A stretch of 64,000 nt of DNA from Bradyrhizobium sp. (GTDB lineage Bacteria > Pseudomonadota > Alphaproteobacteria > Rhizobiales > Xanthobacteraceae), in NCBI RefSeq assembly GCF_030646015.1, contig NZ_JAUSLT010000067.1, forward strand, positions 27,484-91,483. Reading direction: 5' to 3'. Position numbers and translations under genes: made by a program. The first letter of the stretch is position 1. The number at the start of each line of letters is the position of its first letter. Below the pieces are notes generated by a model. The model had not been told where the DNA came from, searched no databases, and saw nothing but the letters and a program-made list of their open reading frames with translations. Positions 1 through 9,951 of the stretch are shown here, piece after piece.

Positions 1-1
1 C

Positions 2-922
2 GATTCGATCATCGACGCGGTCGGCGATACGCCGATCGTCCGTCTGCGCAAACTGCCGCAAGCGCACGGGGTGCACGCGACTATCCTGGCCAAGCTGGAA
101 TACTTCAACCCGGCCGCCAGCGTGAAGGACCGCATCGGGGCGGCGATGATCATCGCGATGGAAAAGGCCGGCCTGATCAATGCCGATACCGTGCTGATCG
201 AGCCCACTTCGGGAAATACCGGGATCGCGCTCGCCTTTGTCGCCGCTTCCCGCGGCTACCGGCTCAAGCTGGTGATGCCGGAATCGATGTCGATCGAGCG
301 GCGCAAGATGCTGGCGTTCCTCGGCGCCGAAATCGTGCTGACGCCGGCGGCCCAGGGCATGAAGGGCTCGATCGCGACCGCGGAGGAACTGGTGCGCACC
401 ACGCCCAATGCCGTGATGCCGCAGCAGTTCAAGAACCTCGCCAACCCCGAAATTCACCGCCGCACCACCGCGGAGGAAATCTGGAACGACACCGGCGGCA
501 ATATCGACTACTTCGTCGCCGGCGTCGGCACCGGCGGCACCATCACCGGTGTCGGGCAGGTGCTCAAGCCCCGCAAGCCGAGCTTGCGGATCGTCGCCGT
601 GGAGCCGGAGGAAAGCCCGGTGCTGTCAGGCGGCCAGCATACCCCGCACAAGATCCAGGGCATCGGCGCCGGGTTCATTCCCGATATCCTCGATCGCTCC
701 GTGATCGACGAGATCGTGAAGATCAGCGGCCCGACCGCGATCGAAACCTCGCGCGCGCTGGCCCGCACCGAAGGCATTCCCGGCGGCATTTCCTCGGGTG
801 CTGCGATCGCAGCTGCCCTGCAGATCGGCAAGCGGCCGGAGGCCGCCGGCAAGACCATCGTGGCGATCGTGCCGTCGTTCTCGGAGCGCTATCTGTCGAC
901 CGTGCTGTTCGAGGGAATCTGA
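2..922 (+). CDS. cysK: cysteine synthase A (O-acetylserine sulfhydrylase), 5' end cut by window edge
   Basis: The reading frame stays open back to base 2 ([18 protein letters not shown]...), so the ATG at 71 in the track is internal. PLP-enzyme motifs [10 protein letters not shown] and [10 protein letters not shown] are present. Confidence 0.9.
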   Translation, partial: DSIIDAVGDTPIVRLRKLPQAHGVHATILAKLEYFNPAASVKDRIGAAMIIAMEKAGLINADTVLIEPTSGNTGIALAFVAASRGYRLKLVMPESMSIERRKMLAFLGAEIVLTPAAQGMKGSIATAEELVRTTPNAVMPQQFKNLANPEIHRRTTAEEIWNDTGGNIDYFVAGVGTGGTITGVGQVLKPRKPSLRIVAVEPEESPVLSGGQHTPHKIQGIGAGFIPDILDRSVIDEIVKISGPTAIETSRALARTEGIPGGISSGAAIAAALQIGKRPEAAGKTIVAIVPSFSERYLSTVLFEGI

Positions 923-926
923 GACC

Positions 927-1166
927 ATGGCGGATCAACCGAGACGGCCGCGAACCCTGAACGACGCGCGCACCGAAGCGGAAGCAGCGTTCAAGAAGAC
1001 AACGACCAAGGTGGTGGAGGCGCCGCCGAAGCCGACCGCTATTCCCGGCGTGAAGGAGTTGGTTTCGTTGCGGATCGATCAGGACGTGCTCGAACACTTC
1101 CAGGAGGGTGGACCCGGCTGGCAGGACCGCATCAACGACGCCTTGCGCAAGGCCGCGGGCAAATAG
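927..1166 (+). CDS. BrnA-like antitoxin family protein (no adjacent toxin)
   Basis: Internal ATG at 927, just after the cysK stop, gives 79 aa. The C-terminal VSLRIDQDVLEHFQ...GWQDRINDALRKA pattern is typical of BrnA antitoxins. Confidence 0.65.
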   Translation: MADQPRRPRTLNDARTEAEAAFKKTTTKVVEAPPKPTAIPGVKELVSLRIDQDVLEHFQEGGPGWQDRINDALRKAAGK

Positions 1167-1186
1167 GCCGGACCCATCGATAACTG

Positions 1187-1214
1187 AAAAAGCCCGGCGT
1201 GAGCCGGGCTTTTT
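1187..1214. terminator. bidirectional rho-independent terminator
   Basis: AAAAA-GCCCGGC-GTGA-GCCGGGC-TTTTT lies between convergent genes. Confidence 0.7.
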
Positions 1215-1243
1215 GCTGGATTCGATATCGGCGGAACGGGCGA

Positions 1244-2677
1244 TCAGCGTCGGAACGCACCGCCCAACATGCCGCCGACCACACCGCCGACGAAGGCTGC
1301 ACCGGGATCCCCGCCGCGGTGACCGCCACCGCCGCCGCCACCACCGCTGCTGCGCTGCCGTTCGCGGCGAGCCGGCTTTTTCTCTTCCCCGTCGTCGCTC
1401 GAGGCGGTTGGCGTGGTCGCGACGATTTCCGTCAACAATGCCTTGTGCTGGAACTTGTTGAGGTAGCCGCTCTTGGGATAGCCGCGCGCGGCCTGCCAGC
1501 GGGTGATCACCGCGCGCGTCGGCGCGTTGAACACGCCGGTCACCTTGGTATCGAAACCGAGGCCGTTCAGCCTTCGCTGCACGTCGCGGCGCTGTCCCTT
1601 GTCGAGCCCGATCTGGTCTTCGGTGGTCTGGTTGGCTTCCGCGTCAAACGTCTTGGGATCGATCCCGGTGGTCAGGTTGCGGGTCGCGTTCGCCGAAGCG
1701 CCGTCCTGCAGCGACGCGATCCGGGCCTGCGCCAGCGAGCGGAACTGGCCGTTCGGATAGGAGGCCAGATAGGCGTTGAGTTCTTCGGGCTTGTTGGATT
1801 CCTTGACCGATCGCCAGAATTCGACTTCGACCTCCGAACCCTGGGACGCCGTCGCAACGGCCGGGCCGGCCTGCGAAGGAGCCGCGGCAGTTGCTGCGGG
1901 CGCAGCGGCCTGATTGAGATAGACCGTCCCGATCAGGTTGGTGTGGCCCCAGGGCAATTGGCCCTTGTTGGTTTCCTCGTTGACCTGGGCGCGGACCTTG
2001 GTCATCGCCTGCTGGATCTCCATGCCGGGGGTCGCGATGTTGGCCATGAGCGCGCGCGTGAACGGGCTGTTGGTGCCCTCCTTGCCGTCGAGTGCGGTTT
2101 GTCCGGGACCGGTGGCGAAGGCGATCAGGGTGCCTTCGCCGGACTTCATTTCCGCAAGGCCGGTCTGCACCGACACGCTGCGGGTGGCGCCGGCATTCGC
2201 CTTGATCTTGGCGGCGAATGGATTGTCGCGGCAGGCATCGAGGAACACCAGCTTGACCTTGGCATCGCCCATGGTCTGGTCGAGCGTGAGGTCGATGTTG
2301 ATGGCGGCGCCGAGCTTGACGTCCATTTCCGATTTGATGTCGGCGTCGATCGGCAACAGATAGTTGACGCCGCCGATGGCGATGCCATGGCCGGCGTAGA
2401 AGAACACCGCGACGTCGGCGCCTTGCGCCTTCTTGCCGAACTCGAGCAGCCGCTCGGTCATTTTATCGCGGGTGAGGTTGGTGCCTTCGACAACTTCAAA
2501 TCCCACATTGCGAAGCACGCCGGCCATCGACTTGGCGTCGATCGAGGGGTTGGGGAGCGGCTGAACATTCTTGTAGGCGCCGTTGCCGACGACAAAGGCA
2601 ACACGCCGGTCGGCCTTGGCCGAATGGGCTGATAACGCCATGCAAATCAGGGAAAGGAATATGGTGAGGTAGCGCAT
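1244..2677 (-). CDS. caspase-family (peptidase C14) protein with C-terminal peptidoglycan-binding domain
   Basis: Signal peptide, then a caspase core (VFFYAGHGIAIGG...FLDACRDNPF, the His/Cys dyad context). A PG_binding_1-like segment (DVQRRLNGLGFDTKVTGVFNAPTRAVITRWQAARG) and a Gly-rich tail follow. Confidence 0.8.
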   Translation of the reverse strand: MRYLTIFLSLICMALSAHSAKADRRVAFVVGNGAYKNVQPLPNPSIDAKSMAGVLRNVGFEVVEGTNLTRDKMTERLLEFGKKAQGADVAVFFYAGHGIAIGGVNYLLPIDADIKSEMDVKLGAAINIDLTLDQTMGDAKVKLVFLDACRDNPFAAKIKANAGATRSVSVQTGLAEMKSGEGTLIAFATGPGQTALDGKEGTNSPFTRALMANIATPGMEIQQAMTKVRAQVNEETNKGQLPWGHTNLIGTVYLNQAAAPAATAAAPSQAGPAVATASQGSEVEVEFWRSVKESNKPEELNAYLASYPNGQFRSLAQARIASLQDGASANATRNLTTGIDPKTFDAEANQTTEDQIGLDKGQRRDVQRRLNGLGFDTKVTGVFNAPTRAVITRWQAARGYPKSGYLNKFQHKALLTEIVATTPTASSDDGEEKKPARRERQRSSGGGGGGGGHRGGDPGAAFVGGVVGGMLGGAFRR

Positions 2678-2907
2678 TTGAAATCCCCCGGTGGAATCGC
2701 GCGACTATGGGAGCAACGCATCGCAACAGACTACACGAAAAAGCCACGCATCGTGTCGAAAATCAGGCGTCGCCTGAATTGAGCTGCCCCCGTCGCCGAT
2801 TGACCACACTAGCCGGCAGGCTGGCAGCATTGAGTGATCTACATCACAGTCGGACGCGCCGTCTCAGGAGAATTGGTTCGGGAGAATCGCCTGGCACCGT
2901 TCGGCGG

Positions 2908-3786
2908 TCAGACTTGAGTCCGCGCCGGAGCATTACCGGCCGTCTTGAGGTTCAACAGATTGCCGGTGAGGATCAGCGTCGCGCCGAGCACGGTGAACAT
3001 GTCCAGCCGCTCCGAATAGATCAGCCAGCCGGCGGCGGCGCTCAAGGGAACCCGGAGGAAATCCATCGGGATCACCACCGTCGCATCGGCATACAGCATC
3101 GCGCGCGCCATGCAGTAATGGGAGAAGGTGCCGCAGATCGCGATCACGACGGTCCAGCCCCATGCCCAGGCCGACGGCCAGACCCAGACATGGATCGACG
3201 GGAAAAATCCGGCCACCGACTGCACCACCAGCATCCAGAAGATGATCGCCAGCGTATGTTCGGTGCGGGTCAGCGACTTCACCATGGCGATGGAGATGCC
3301 GAAGCCGACCGCCGCGGCCAGCGCGATCAACTGGCCCGGATTGACCTCACCGGTGGAGGGCCGAACGATGACGACGACACCGACGATCCCGAGCACGATC
3401 GCCGCGATCTTCCACACCGTCATGCGTTCGCCGAGAAAGGCCGCCGCCAGGATGGCGGTCCAGATCGGCATGGTGAATTCGATCGATACCACCTGGCCCA
3501 GCGGAATCAGGGTCAGCGCGAAGAACCAGCCGAGCTGCGCGCCATAATGAATGAGATTGCGCGAGATGTGCTGCAGCGGCCGCGCGGTCTTCATGGCAGC
3601 GAAGCCGCCGCTCATGCGGATCAGCGGGTACAGCATGCAGAGGCCGAGAACCGAGCGCACTTCCATGATCTGGAAGACGTTCATTTCACGCGTCGTCTCG
3701 CGGCCGGCCACCGTCAGGATCAGCATCAGAGCGAGCCAGCCCGCCATCCACAGCGCAGCCCTTGGTATAGAGGGGGTTCGGTCCAT
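2908..3786 (-). CDS. DMT/EamA-family transporter
   Basis: About 10 hydrophobic helices. Internal ATG at 3786 (MDRTPSIPRAALWMAGWL...) gives a 292-aa protein of typical DMT size. The longer track ORF adds a non-membrane leader. Confidence 0.8.
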   Translation of the reverse strand: MDRTPSIPRAALWMAGWLALMLILTVAGRETTREMNVFQIMEVRSVLGLCMLYPLIRMSGGFAAMKTARPLQHISRNLIHYGAQLGWFFALTLIPLGQVVSIEFTMPIWTAILAAAFLGERMTVWKIAAIVLGIVGVVVIVRPSTGEVNPGQLIALAAAVGFGISIAMVKSLTRTEHTLAIIFWMLVVQSVAGFFPSIHVWVWPSAWAWGWTVVIAICGTFSHYCMARAMLYADATVVIPMDFLRVPLSAAAGWLIYSERLDMFTVLGATLILTGNLLNLKTAGNAPARTQV

Positions 3787-3996
3787 CGTGAGCTGAATGC
3801 CAGGAACTGATTGCTGAGTCTGCCGCGCTGGAGCGGCGCGCAAATACGGAAAGGGCAGGCCGGTATCGGCGACCCCGGTCCGATTTGCAACGCGCAAATA
3901 TGCCGGGGCAGCGCTGCGCCGCGCCAAAATTCGGGGTGGGAGCGCGCGCAATCGGTGCTAAGGAACAGCGGAAATCACGTTCGAGGGAACTCCTTC

Positions 3997-4395
3997 ATGC
4001 TCACCTTGCAACCGGCCGAATGGTCAAAGCCGCGCGGCTTTTCGCATGGCGTCGCGGTCGACGGCCCCGGCCGCTGGGTCGTGCTCGCCGGCCAGACCGG
4101 CGGCGACGAGAAGGGCGACTATGCGCCCGATATGGCCGCGCAAACCGGCACCGCGCTGCGCCGGATCATCAAGCTGCTCAATGAGGCCGGCGCCGGCCCT
4201 GAGCATATCGTTCGCCTGACCTGGTACCTGACCAGCCGAGAGGAATACCAGGCCGCGGGTGCCGGCATCGGCGCCGCCTGGAAGGAGACGCTCGGGCGCA
4301 ACTTCCCGCCCTCGACGCTGCTCTACATTTCGGGACTGGTCGATCCCCGCGCCAAGGTCGAAATCGAGGTCACCGCCTTCGTACCGAATGCCTAG
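3997..4395 (+). CDS. RidA/YjgF/L-PSP family protein
   Basis: Internal ATG at 3997; 132 aa. GFSHGVAV...LAGQTG...RLTWYL...VEIEVTA matches the RidA fold pattern. Confidence 0.8.
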   Translation: MLTLQPAEWSKPRGFSHGVAVDGPGRWVVLAGQTGGDEKGDYAPDMAAQTGTALRRIIKLLNEAGAGPEHIVRLTWYLTSREEYQAAGAGIGAAWKETLGRNFPPSTLLYISGLVDPRAKVEIEVTAFVPNA

Positions 4396-4503
4396 ATCCC
4401 GATTCTGATTTATCAGGACCGCGCTCTAATCTCTTGTTTTTACGCGTTTTCTTTACGCGAGCCGGCGTCCACTTCGCTCAAAAGCGCCATAGGGAATTTC
4501 ACG

Positions 4504-4704
4504 ATGACAACACGATCCACATCGGCAGATTTTGTAACCGCCTTCGCCACCGGCTGGCCCGAGGACCAGCCCGATATCATGGTGCTGTCGCTTACCACTC
4601 ACAGGGGCGTTCAGGATTTTGCGCTGAACAAGGAACAGGCCCTGCTGGTCGCCAAGACCATGACGGAAACCGCCAACCGGTTGGCCAAACCCAAAACCAG
4701 CTAG
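4504..4704 (+). CDS. hypothetical small protein
   Basis: 66-aa ORF in an otherwise empty intergenic space with GC-rich third codon positions. No recognisable domain. Confidence 0.35.
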   Translation: MTTRSTSADFVTAFATGWPEDQPDIMVLSLTTHRGVQDFALNKEQALLVAKTMTETANRLAKPKTS

Positions 4705-4723
4705 CCGATCGCGGCGATGGCGC

Positions 4724-5299
4724 TCAGGAGCGGGTCAGCGAAATCGATGTGACCCGGAATGCACCTTCGGACTTGATGACGACGGATTGCTTGTTGCCGC
4801 GCGTCGTCAACGAGATCTGCGCCGTGAATCCGGCGCCGCTCGCGATCAGGTGAAAATGGCCGCCGCCGCCGCGACCTTCAAGGTTGCCGCTGGCGTTACG
4901 AATGCTTTCGCTCCAGGTCCCGGAAAGCGCCGTGCCCTGGGCGACGACGTTGCTGGCGAGATTGAACTTGAAGCTGTCGCTGGCGCAGGTCAGGGTTTGG
5001 TTGATGGCGTCGCCGTCGGCGCGGACGGCGTAGCTGGCGCGGCATCGAACCCGCTCGGTGGAACCGTCGTCCAGCGTGATGGTGCCGCCGCCGGACCAGT
5101 TGCCGGCCATGCCGGCGAACGCCCCAGATTCCGCGTGAACAGCGGAGCCGGCGATCGATACCAACAAAAACGCCAAAAAAAACGCGACGGCTGCGAATAT
5201 CAGCCGTCGCGCGTTCAGGATGATTGCTGCTGTGGGACCCGGATTATTGCCGCGACGCTTCCCATCGACCACTGCACGGTACGCCTGCAGACGAACCAT
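4724..5299 (-). CDS. secreted hypothetical protein (start uncertain)
   Basis: Hydrophobic signal segment (LIFAAVAFFLAFLLVSIAGSAVHA), then a Gly/Ser-rich beta-type sequence with 2 Cys. The ATG at 5299 overlaps the upstream gene, and no later ATG precedes the signal peptide. Confidence 0.5.
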   Translation of the reverse strand: MVRLQAYRAVVDGKRRGNNPGPTAAIILNARRLIFAAVAFFLAFLLVSIAGSAVHAESGAFAGMAGNWSGGGTITLDDGSTERVRCRASYAVRADGDAINQTLTCASDSFKFNLASNVVAQGTALSGTWSESIRNASGNLEGRGGGGHFHLIASGAGFTAQISLTTRGNKQSVVIKSEGAFRVTSISLTRS

Positions 5300-5606
5300 T
5301 CCACTTCCCCGAACCGGTCTTGCCGCTGAGCTGGCCGTTCGCATATGCACCATTGATCGAGACTCGCACAAGTCCCTCTCTTCCGACCTTGCCGGAAACG
5401 GCGGCGCCACCGGCCGAGACCTTGCCGTCCGTCACGGTCAGCGTCGAGCTGACGGTCGGTTCACAGCTGCCGCTCTTGGTCACCACCGTGACATTCCAAA
5501 GTCCGTCATAGGCACTGCTCTCGGCGGAAGCCGGAGCGGCAGCGAGGGCGGCAGCGGCGGTCAAGGCGGAAGCAAGGAGCGCGTTACGAATGCGATTGTG
5601 GCGCAT
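5244..5606 (-). CDS. secreted hypothetical protein
   Basis: Signal peptide MRHNRIRNALLASALTAAAALAAAPASA. The mature part carries 2 Cys and GxW repeats. Confidence 0.55.
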   Translation of the reverse strand: MRHNRIRNALLASALTAAAALAAAPASAESSAYDGLWNVTVVTKSGSCEPTVSSTLTVTDGKVSAGGAAVSGKVGREGLVRVSINGAYANGQLSGKTGSGKWNGSSAGVPCSGRWEASRQ

Positions 5607-5787
5607 GAATCATATCCCCGAATATGTATGTGTGATGATGCGGTATTGAGGCACAATGTGTCCAAAGTTTGCTGCGCCGCGATAAAGCGAAAAGTTCCCT
5701 ATGAATCAAACATTTAATGCCCGAATTGGTTCCAGGCAGGGAACGAAAAATCTGACACAAATCGAGCGTCGGGTCGTTGGTAAAATA

Positions 5788-6378
5788 CTACTTTGGTAAA
5801 TTGGGCGCGCTGGTGGCAAATTGCTCGTCCTGCGGCTTGGCCGGCAGCGATTGATGGGCCTTGGCGTACTCAATTACCTCTCCGAGCAGCTTCTGGCCGA
5901 GCGGGGCCAGCGCGCGCTCCCACAACTCCCGCGCGGTTTCGCCCTTCTTGACGAAGCACCATTCCTGGGCGGCGATCGCGCCGGCATCCATGCGGTCGGC
6001 GAGATGGTAGACGGAGCCGCCGGCGATCGGGTCGCCTTCCCGGATGGTCCATTCGACCGCCGCGATGCCGCGATGCCGCGGCAGCAGCGAGGGGTGGTAG
6101 CCGATCCCCCCGAGCTTGGCCGCCGCCAGCGCGTCCCTGCCGATGCGCGCGTGGCTGTGCGCGGTGACGATCAGGTCGGTATCGGCCGCGATCTCCCCGG
6201 CGACCACCAGTTTCGGATCGGCCTGCACGGTGACCGGGATTCCGGCGTCGCGGGCCGCGGCGGCGAGCCGGTCCTCGGCGTCAGCGACGACGACGCCAGC
6301 GATTTCGACGCCGTGCTGGCGCAGCATGTTCAGTGTCGTCACGCCGAAATGGCGGGAGCCGACCAGGGTAATCCGCAT
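5788..6378 (-). CDS. formyltransferase-family protein (Fmt N-terminal-domain-like)
   Basis: Internal ATG at 6378 (MRITLVGSRHFG...). HPSLLPRHRG and the SVYHLADRMDAG motif are typical of formyl transferases. Only about 196 aa, with no Fmt C-terminal domain. Confidence 0.7.
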   Translation of the reverse strand: MRITLVGSRHFGVTTLNMLRQHGVEIAGVVVADAEDRLAAAARDAGIPVTVQADPKLVVAGEIAADTDLIVTAHSHARIGRDALAAAKLGGIGYHPSLLPRHRGIAAVEWTIREGDPIAGGSVYHLADRMDAGAIAAQEWCFVKKGETARELWERALAPLGQKLLGEVIEYAKAHQSLPAKPQDEQFATSAPNLPK

Positions 6379-6606
6379 GGTGTTTGATCCGTCCAGAGCA
6401 AGGCGTCCCGTCGATAACACGTCGCCACTGTCTGTCACGCCGGGGGCGCCCGCGCGACCGGGTTATCAACAGGTCGGGTCGAGGTTTGCGACAGCGGTTT
6501 GCGAGGGCGTCGGGCCGCAAAAAGGCCATTGAAGGCGGCTTGCATGGGTCAATGCCACGGGACTACGCTGACCGCATTGCGGGTCGGGTGAACTCTGGAG
6601 GTTTTC

Positions 6607-6993
6607 ATGCAAAGATTTTTCCTGATGCAGAGGCTTTCGTTGATTTCGGCGACGATTGCGCTGGTGTCCTTGCCGGCCGGCTTGGTGCTGGCCCAGACCA
6701 CGCCGAATACCGGCGCGGCGCCGGCCGCGACAGCGCCAGCGACCACGCCTCCGGCAGCGACCACCCCGCCAGCTGCTGCGGCGCCGCCAGCCGCAGCGAC
6801 CGCTACGGCGCCAGCCGCGAAAACGGAAACGACGACAACCGAACCCGCGAAGCCGGCGAAAAAGAAGGCCGCGAAAAAGATGACCCGGCAGCAGGAGATC
6901 GACAAATCGATCGACAGCGGCACGGTGCCCGCGCGCTATCGCAGCTCGGTGCCGAAGGAGTACCACCATCTTATTCCGTTCGATAAGCGGTAG
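6607..6993 (+). CDS. secreted Ala/Pro/Thr-rich low-complexity protein
   Basis: Signal peptide (LVSLPAGLVLAQ), a long APAAT repeat tract and a basic C-terminal region. Confidence 0.45.
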   Translation: MQRFFLMQRLSLISATIALVSLPAGLVLAQTTPNTGAAPAATAPATTPPAATTPPAAAAPPAAATATAPAAKTETTTTEPAKPAKKKAAKKMTRQQEIDKSIDSGTVPARYRSSVPKEYHHLIPFDKR

Positions 6994-7051
6994 CCCGCGC
7001 GTTCAGGGCACGAGCCACTTGTCATTCGGATGTTGCGGATCTGGTTGATGG

Positions 7052-7339
7052 GTGGCTGCACCCTGGAATGAGGTTGTCCAAATGCCGAAAAAGGGAATTA
7101 CCGGCCACGACGAGTGGGTGCTGACGGAAGCGCTCGCCACCGCGCTGGTCGCGCTGGAGCAGCTGCCTGAAGCCAGCCAACCGCGGCCACATATGGAAGA
7201 CATCAAGAAGCTCCTGATTGCCGGCTGCCAGCAGGGCACCGTTATGGTGCATCTGGCGCAAGCCAAATGCCGGTTGTTTCCCGACCGCGATCCCCTGACG
7301 ATCTACCGGGAATATGGTCTGGAAGACGGGCAGGGCTGA
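7052..7339 (+). CDS. hypothetical protein
   Basis: 95-aa ORF with an alternative ATG at 7082. No recognisable domain. Confidence 0.3.
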   Translation: MAAPWNEVVQMPKKGITGHDEWVLTEALATALVALEQLPEASQPRPHMEDIKKLLIAGCQQGTVMVHLAQAKCRLFPDRDPLTIYREYGLEDGQG

Positions 7340-7391
7340 ACTATTCGCCGCTCGTCATGAGGGGCGGTTCGTGTCGGCTCGAGTGCGGATT

Positions 7392-8393
7392 TCACTTCGC
7401 GGTGGAGCGGCCCGGCAAGAAACGCTTCAACCGCTTCCAGGCGGGCGCAACGACAAGTCCAATGACCGGGATGCAGGCTGCGCCGATCACCAGGCCAATC
7501 ACCCCCGATATGGCAGCATGCGCGATCCATTCCAGCACGCCGGCGGCTGACGGGACTGCGTGAGCCGCGGCTTGCGTCGCGGCGTGGACGGCGTGCCCGA
7601 TCGAAGGCGGGCCGTAGAGCTCCAGGCCATGCAGCACAATGCCGCCGCCGACCCAGATCATCGCGGCGGTACCGACGGCGCTGAGCACCGTCAAAAAGAC
7701 GGGCATGCCGCGAACCATGCCGCGTCCGAGCGCTCGCCCCATGCCGCCAAACGGCGAGGCGCCATCATTTTTCGCCAGCGCCAATCCGACGTCGTCGGCC
7801 TTCACGATCAGAGCGACCACGCCATACACCGCGACGGTAATCCCGATCCCGACCAGCGCCAGCACCAGTGACTGCGTCAGCAGGCTGCCTGCGGGAACTG
7901 CCGCCAGCGTGATCGCCATGATCTCCGCCGAGAGGATAAAGTCGGTCTTGATGGCGCTTGCGACCTTTTCGTCTTCCAGGGTTTGCGCATTCAACGCCAC
8001 CGTACCGAGCTGGGCTTCGTGCTGGTGGGCATGATGGGGCAGGAAGGCTTCGAGCAGTTTTTCCACCCCTTCGTAGCAGAGGTAGGCGCCGCCAAACATC
8101 AGCAGCGGCGTGATCGCCGAAGGCAGGAAATAGCTCAGGGCCAGAGCAGCGGGAAGCAGGATCAGGAGCTTGTTGCGCAGCGATCCCGCCGCGATCTTGC
8201 CCACGATCGGCAGTTCGCGCCTGGCGGTGAACCCGATCACGTAGCCCGGCGTGACTGCGGTATCGTCGATGACGACACCCGCCGCCTTTGCCCCCGCCTT
8301 GACGGCCTGGCTCGCCACATCGTCAAGGGAAGCCGCCGCGACCTTTGCGATCGCAGCGATATCGTCGAGCAGGGCGATCAGTCCGATGCTCAT
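7392..8393 (-). CDS. DUF808-family inner-membrane protein (YedI-like)
   Basis: Internal ATG at 8393. The N-terminus MSIGLIALLDDIAAIAKVAAASLDDV is characteristic of DUF808. Confidence 0.8.
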   Translation of the reverse strand: MSIGLIALLDDIAAIAKVAAASLDDVASQAVKAGAKAAGVVIDDTAVTPGYVIGFTARRELPIVGKIAAGSLRNKLLILLPAALALSYFLPSAITPLLMFGGAYLCYEGVEKLLEAFLPHHAHQHEAQLGTVALNAQTLEDEKVASAIKTDFILSAEIMAITLAAVPAGSLLTQSLVLALVGIGITVAVYGVVALIVKADDVGLALAKNDGASPFGGMGRALGRGMVRGMPVFLTVLSAVGTAAMIWVGGGIVLHGLELYGPPSIGHAVHAATQAAAHAVPSAAGVLEWIAHAAISGVIGLVIGAACIPVIGLVVAPAWKRLKRFLPGRSTAK

Positions 8394-8498
8394 CAACAGT
8401 TCCCGTTCGTCATTCGCAGCTTCCTCGCCAATCAACCTGAGCTATAACCCGGTAATGCGCCCAGCACACTCATCGAGAGCCCAACCCCGCGAGAGATC

Positions 8499-9185
8499 AT
8501 GAGTTTCTTCGAGCGACTAAAGAGCGCAGCATCCGCCGAGTGGCGCGCCTACACCGAACACCCCTTCACCAGCGCGCTGGCGGACGGCTCGCTTCCCGAG
8601 GTGGCGTTTCGTCACTACCTCGTTCAGGACTATCTGTTCCTGATCGAGTTTGCCCGCGCCTATGCGCTCGCCGTCTACAAGTCGCCCAGGCTTGCCGACA
8701 TGCGTGACGCCGCAGCCGGCCTGTCGGCCATCATCGACGTCGAGATGAACCTGCACGTAAAACTCTGCGCGGGGTGGGGGCTGTCTCCCGATGATCTCGA
8801 ACATGCCCCGCCGGCGGTCGAGATGCTGGCCTATACGCGCTACGTGCTCGACGCGGGCATGCGCGGCGATCTGCTGGCGCTCAAGGTGGCGCTGGCTCCC
8901 TGCGTGATCGGCTACGCTGACATCGCGACCCGGCTCGCCGCGCAACCCGGCGCGCTCGCGGCCACCAATCCCTACAGCGTCTGGATATCGGAATATGCCG
9001 GTGCACCCTACCAGGAGGTCGCGGCGAAGGCGCTGGCGCAGCTGGATGGCCTCGCCCATCTCTATGCCACGCCGGCCCGGGAGCAGGATCTGATCGCGAT
9101 CTTCAAGGAGGCCACCCGGCTCGAAGCCGAGTTCTGGGAGATGGGCTGGCGCGTGGATGCTCGTCGTGGCAGTTCGGCAGGCTAG
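8499..9185 (+). CDS. tenA: TenA-family aminopyrimidine aminohydrolase (thiaminase II)
   Basis: HPF...L..G.L....F..YL.QDY.FL pattern (EHPFTSALADGSLPEVAFRHYLVQDYLFLIEF). Confidence 0.8.
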   Translation: MSFFERLKSAASAEWRAYTEHPFTSALADGSLPEVAFRHYLVQDYLFLIEFARAYALAVYKSPRLADMRDAAAGLSAIIDVEMNLHVKLCAGWGLSPDDLEHAPPAVEMLAYTRYVLDAGMRGDLLALKVALAPCVIGYADIATRLAAQPGALAATNPYSVWISEYAGAPYQEVAAKALAQLDGLAHLYATPAREQDLIAIFKEATRLEAEFWEMGWRVDARRGSSAG

Positions 9186-9290
9186 GACAAGCCAGTCGCC
9201 ACTGCTGCTGCTGGGGCGGACGGAACGGATACTATCCTGGAATGTTTTCTCTCGTGGTACTGGCAGCGCCATGCTGCGCAGCAACCAGGC

Positions 9291-9488
9291 ATGGGAGTCG
9301 TCGCAATGGCCAAAGATGACAAGCCGCTGGAGCCGGAAGACTTCCCCCTTCGCGCGGAGGACAAGAAAATCGTCAAGAAGGACGGCGAGCCGATTGCCGA
9401 GGCCCGCAGCGAGAAAATCGCGGACGAAGTAGCGGAACGATTGAACGCGGAAGAAGACATTCGCGAAGAAGACCGATGGTCGGCCTGA
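9291..9488 (+). CDS. hypothetical acidic small protein
   Basis: 65-aa ORF rich in charged residues. An alternative ATG gives MAKDDKPLEPE. Confidence 0.35.
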   Translation: MGVVAMAKDDKPLEPEDFPLRAEDKKIVKKDGEPIAEARSEKIADEVAERLNAEEDIREEDRWSA

Positions 9489-9951
9489 TCCGACGTTGCA
9501 GGCCTAATTCACGACAACGGGAGGCTGAACCGGCCTGGGGCCCGGCGGCGTTGGTTCGACCACTAATTTCGGTTGAGTCGGGATTACTTTAGCGCCTGCA
9601 GCTTGCGCAGCCGCCTTGGTCGCGGCTTGGTTTGACGGCTCCAGCGCCTGCCGGTTCCATGGACCGAACTCAAAAATTAGGAAGGCCGCCGTGCTGATAG
9701 CGGCGACCGTGGCTGCGATGACCAGCGGCTGACCGACTTCTCTCTCTCATATTTTCATAACTGGTCCGTAGTGGCTCCACCAACAAGCCGTCCGATGAAA
9801 GCAAGTTCCGGCGGCCTCGCGCGGCGGAAGGACGCATAACCCCGGTCCACTTGACCCCACCGGAAGGGCTAAACGTCGACTTGGCGAGATGCCGGATTAA
9901 CGGCATGATGGCCAAATTCGGCGCAGAGGCACCGTGTGATTTCTGCTGCTG

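Noticed and set aside
1199-2632. 477-aa plus-strand ORF.
   Set aside because: It is an exact antisense shadow of the caspase-family gene. The composition is Gly/Arg/Ala-rich and no domain is recognisable.
6549-6993. Low-complexity GC-rich tract (APAAT/PAA repeats) that might be a tandem DNA repeat or contingency locus.
   Set aside because: The repeats are imperfect at the DNA level and stay in frame within a signal-peptide-bearing ORF. It is best read as a low-complexity secreted protein. The several overlapping ORFs on both strands are shadows.
9489-9770. Minus-strand frame encoding a plausible TM helix plus Pro-rich tail (…PLVIAATVAAISTAAFLIFEFGPWNRQALEPSNQ…PPVVVN*) in the 460-bp gap before the LuxR gene.
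   Set aside because: The frame has a TGA immediately upstream and no ATG, GTG or TTG start before the hydrophobic segment. It could at most be a pseudogene, so it was not called.
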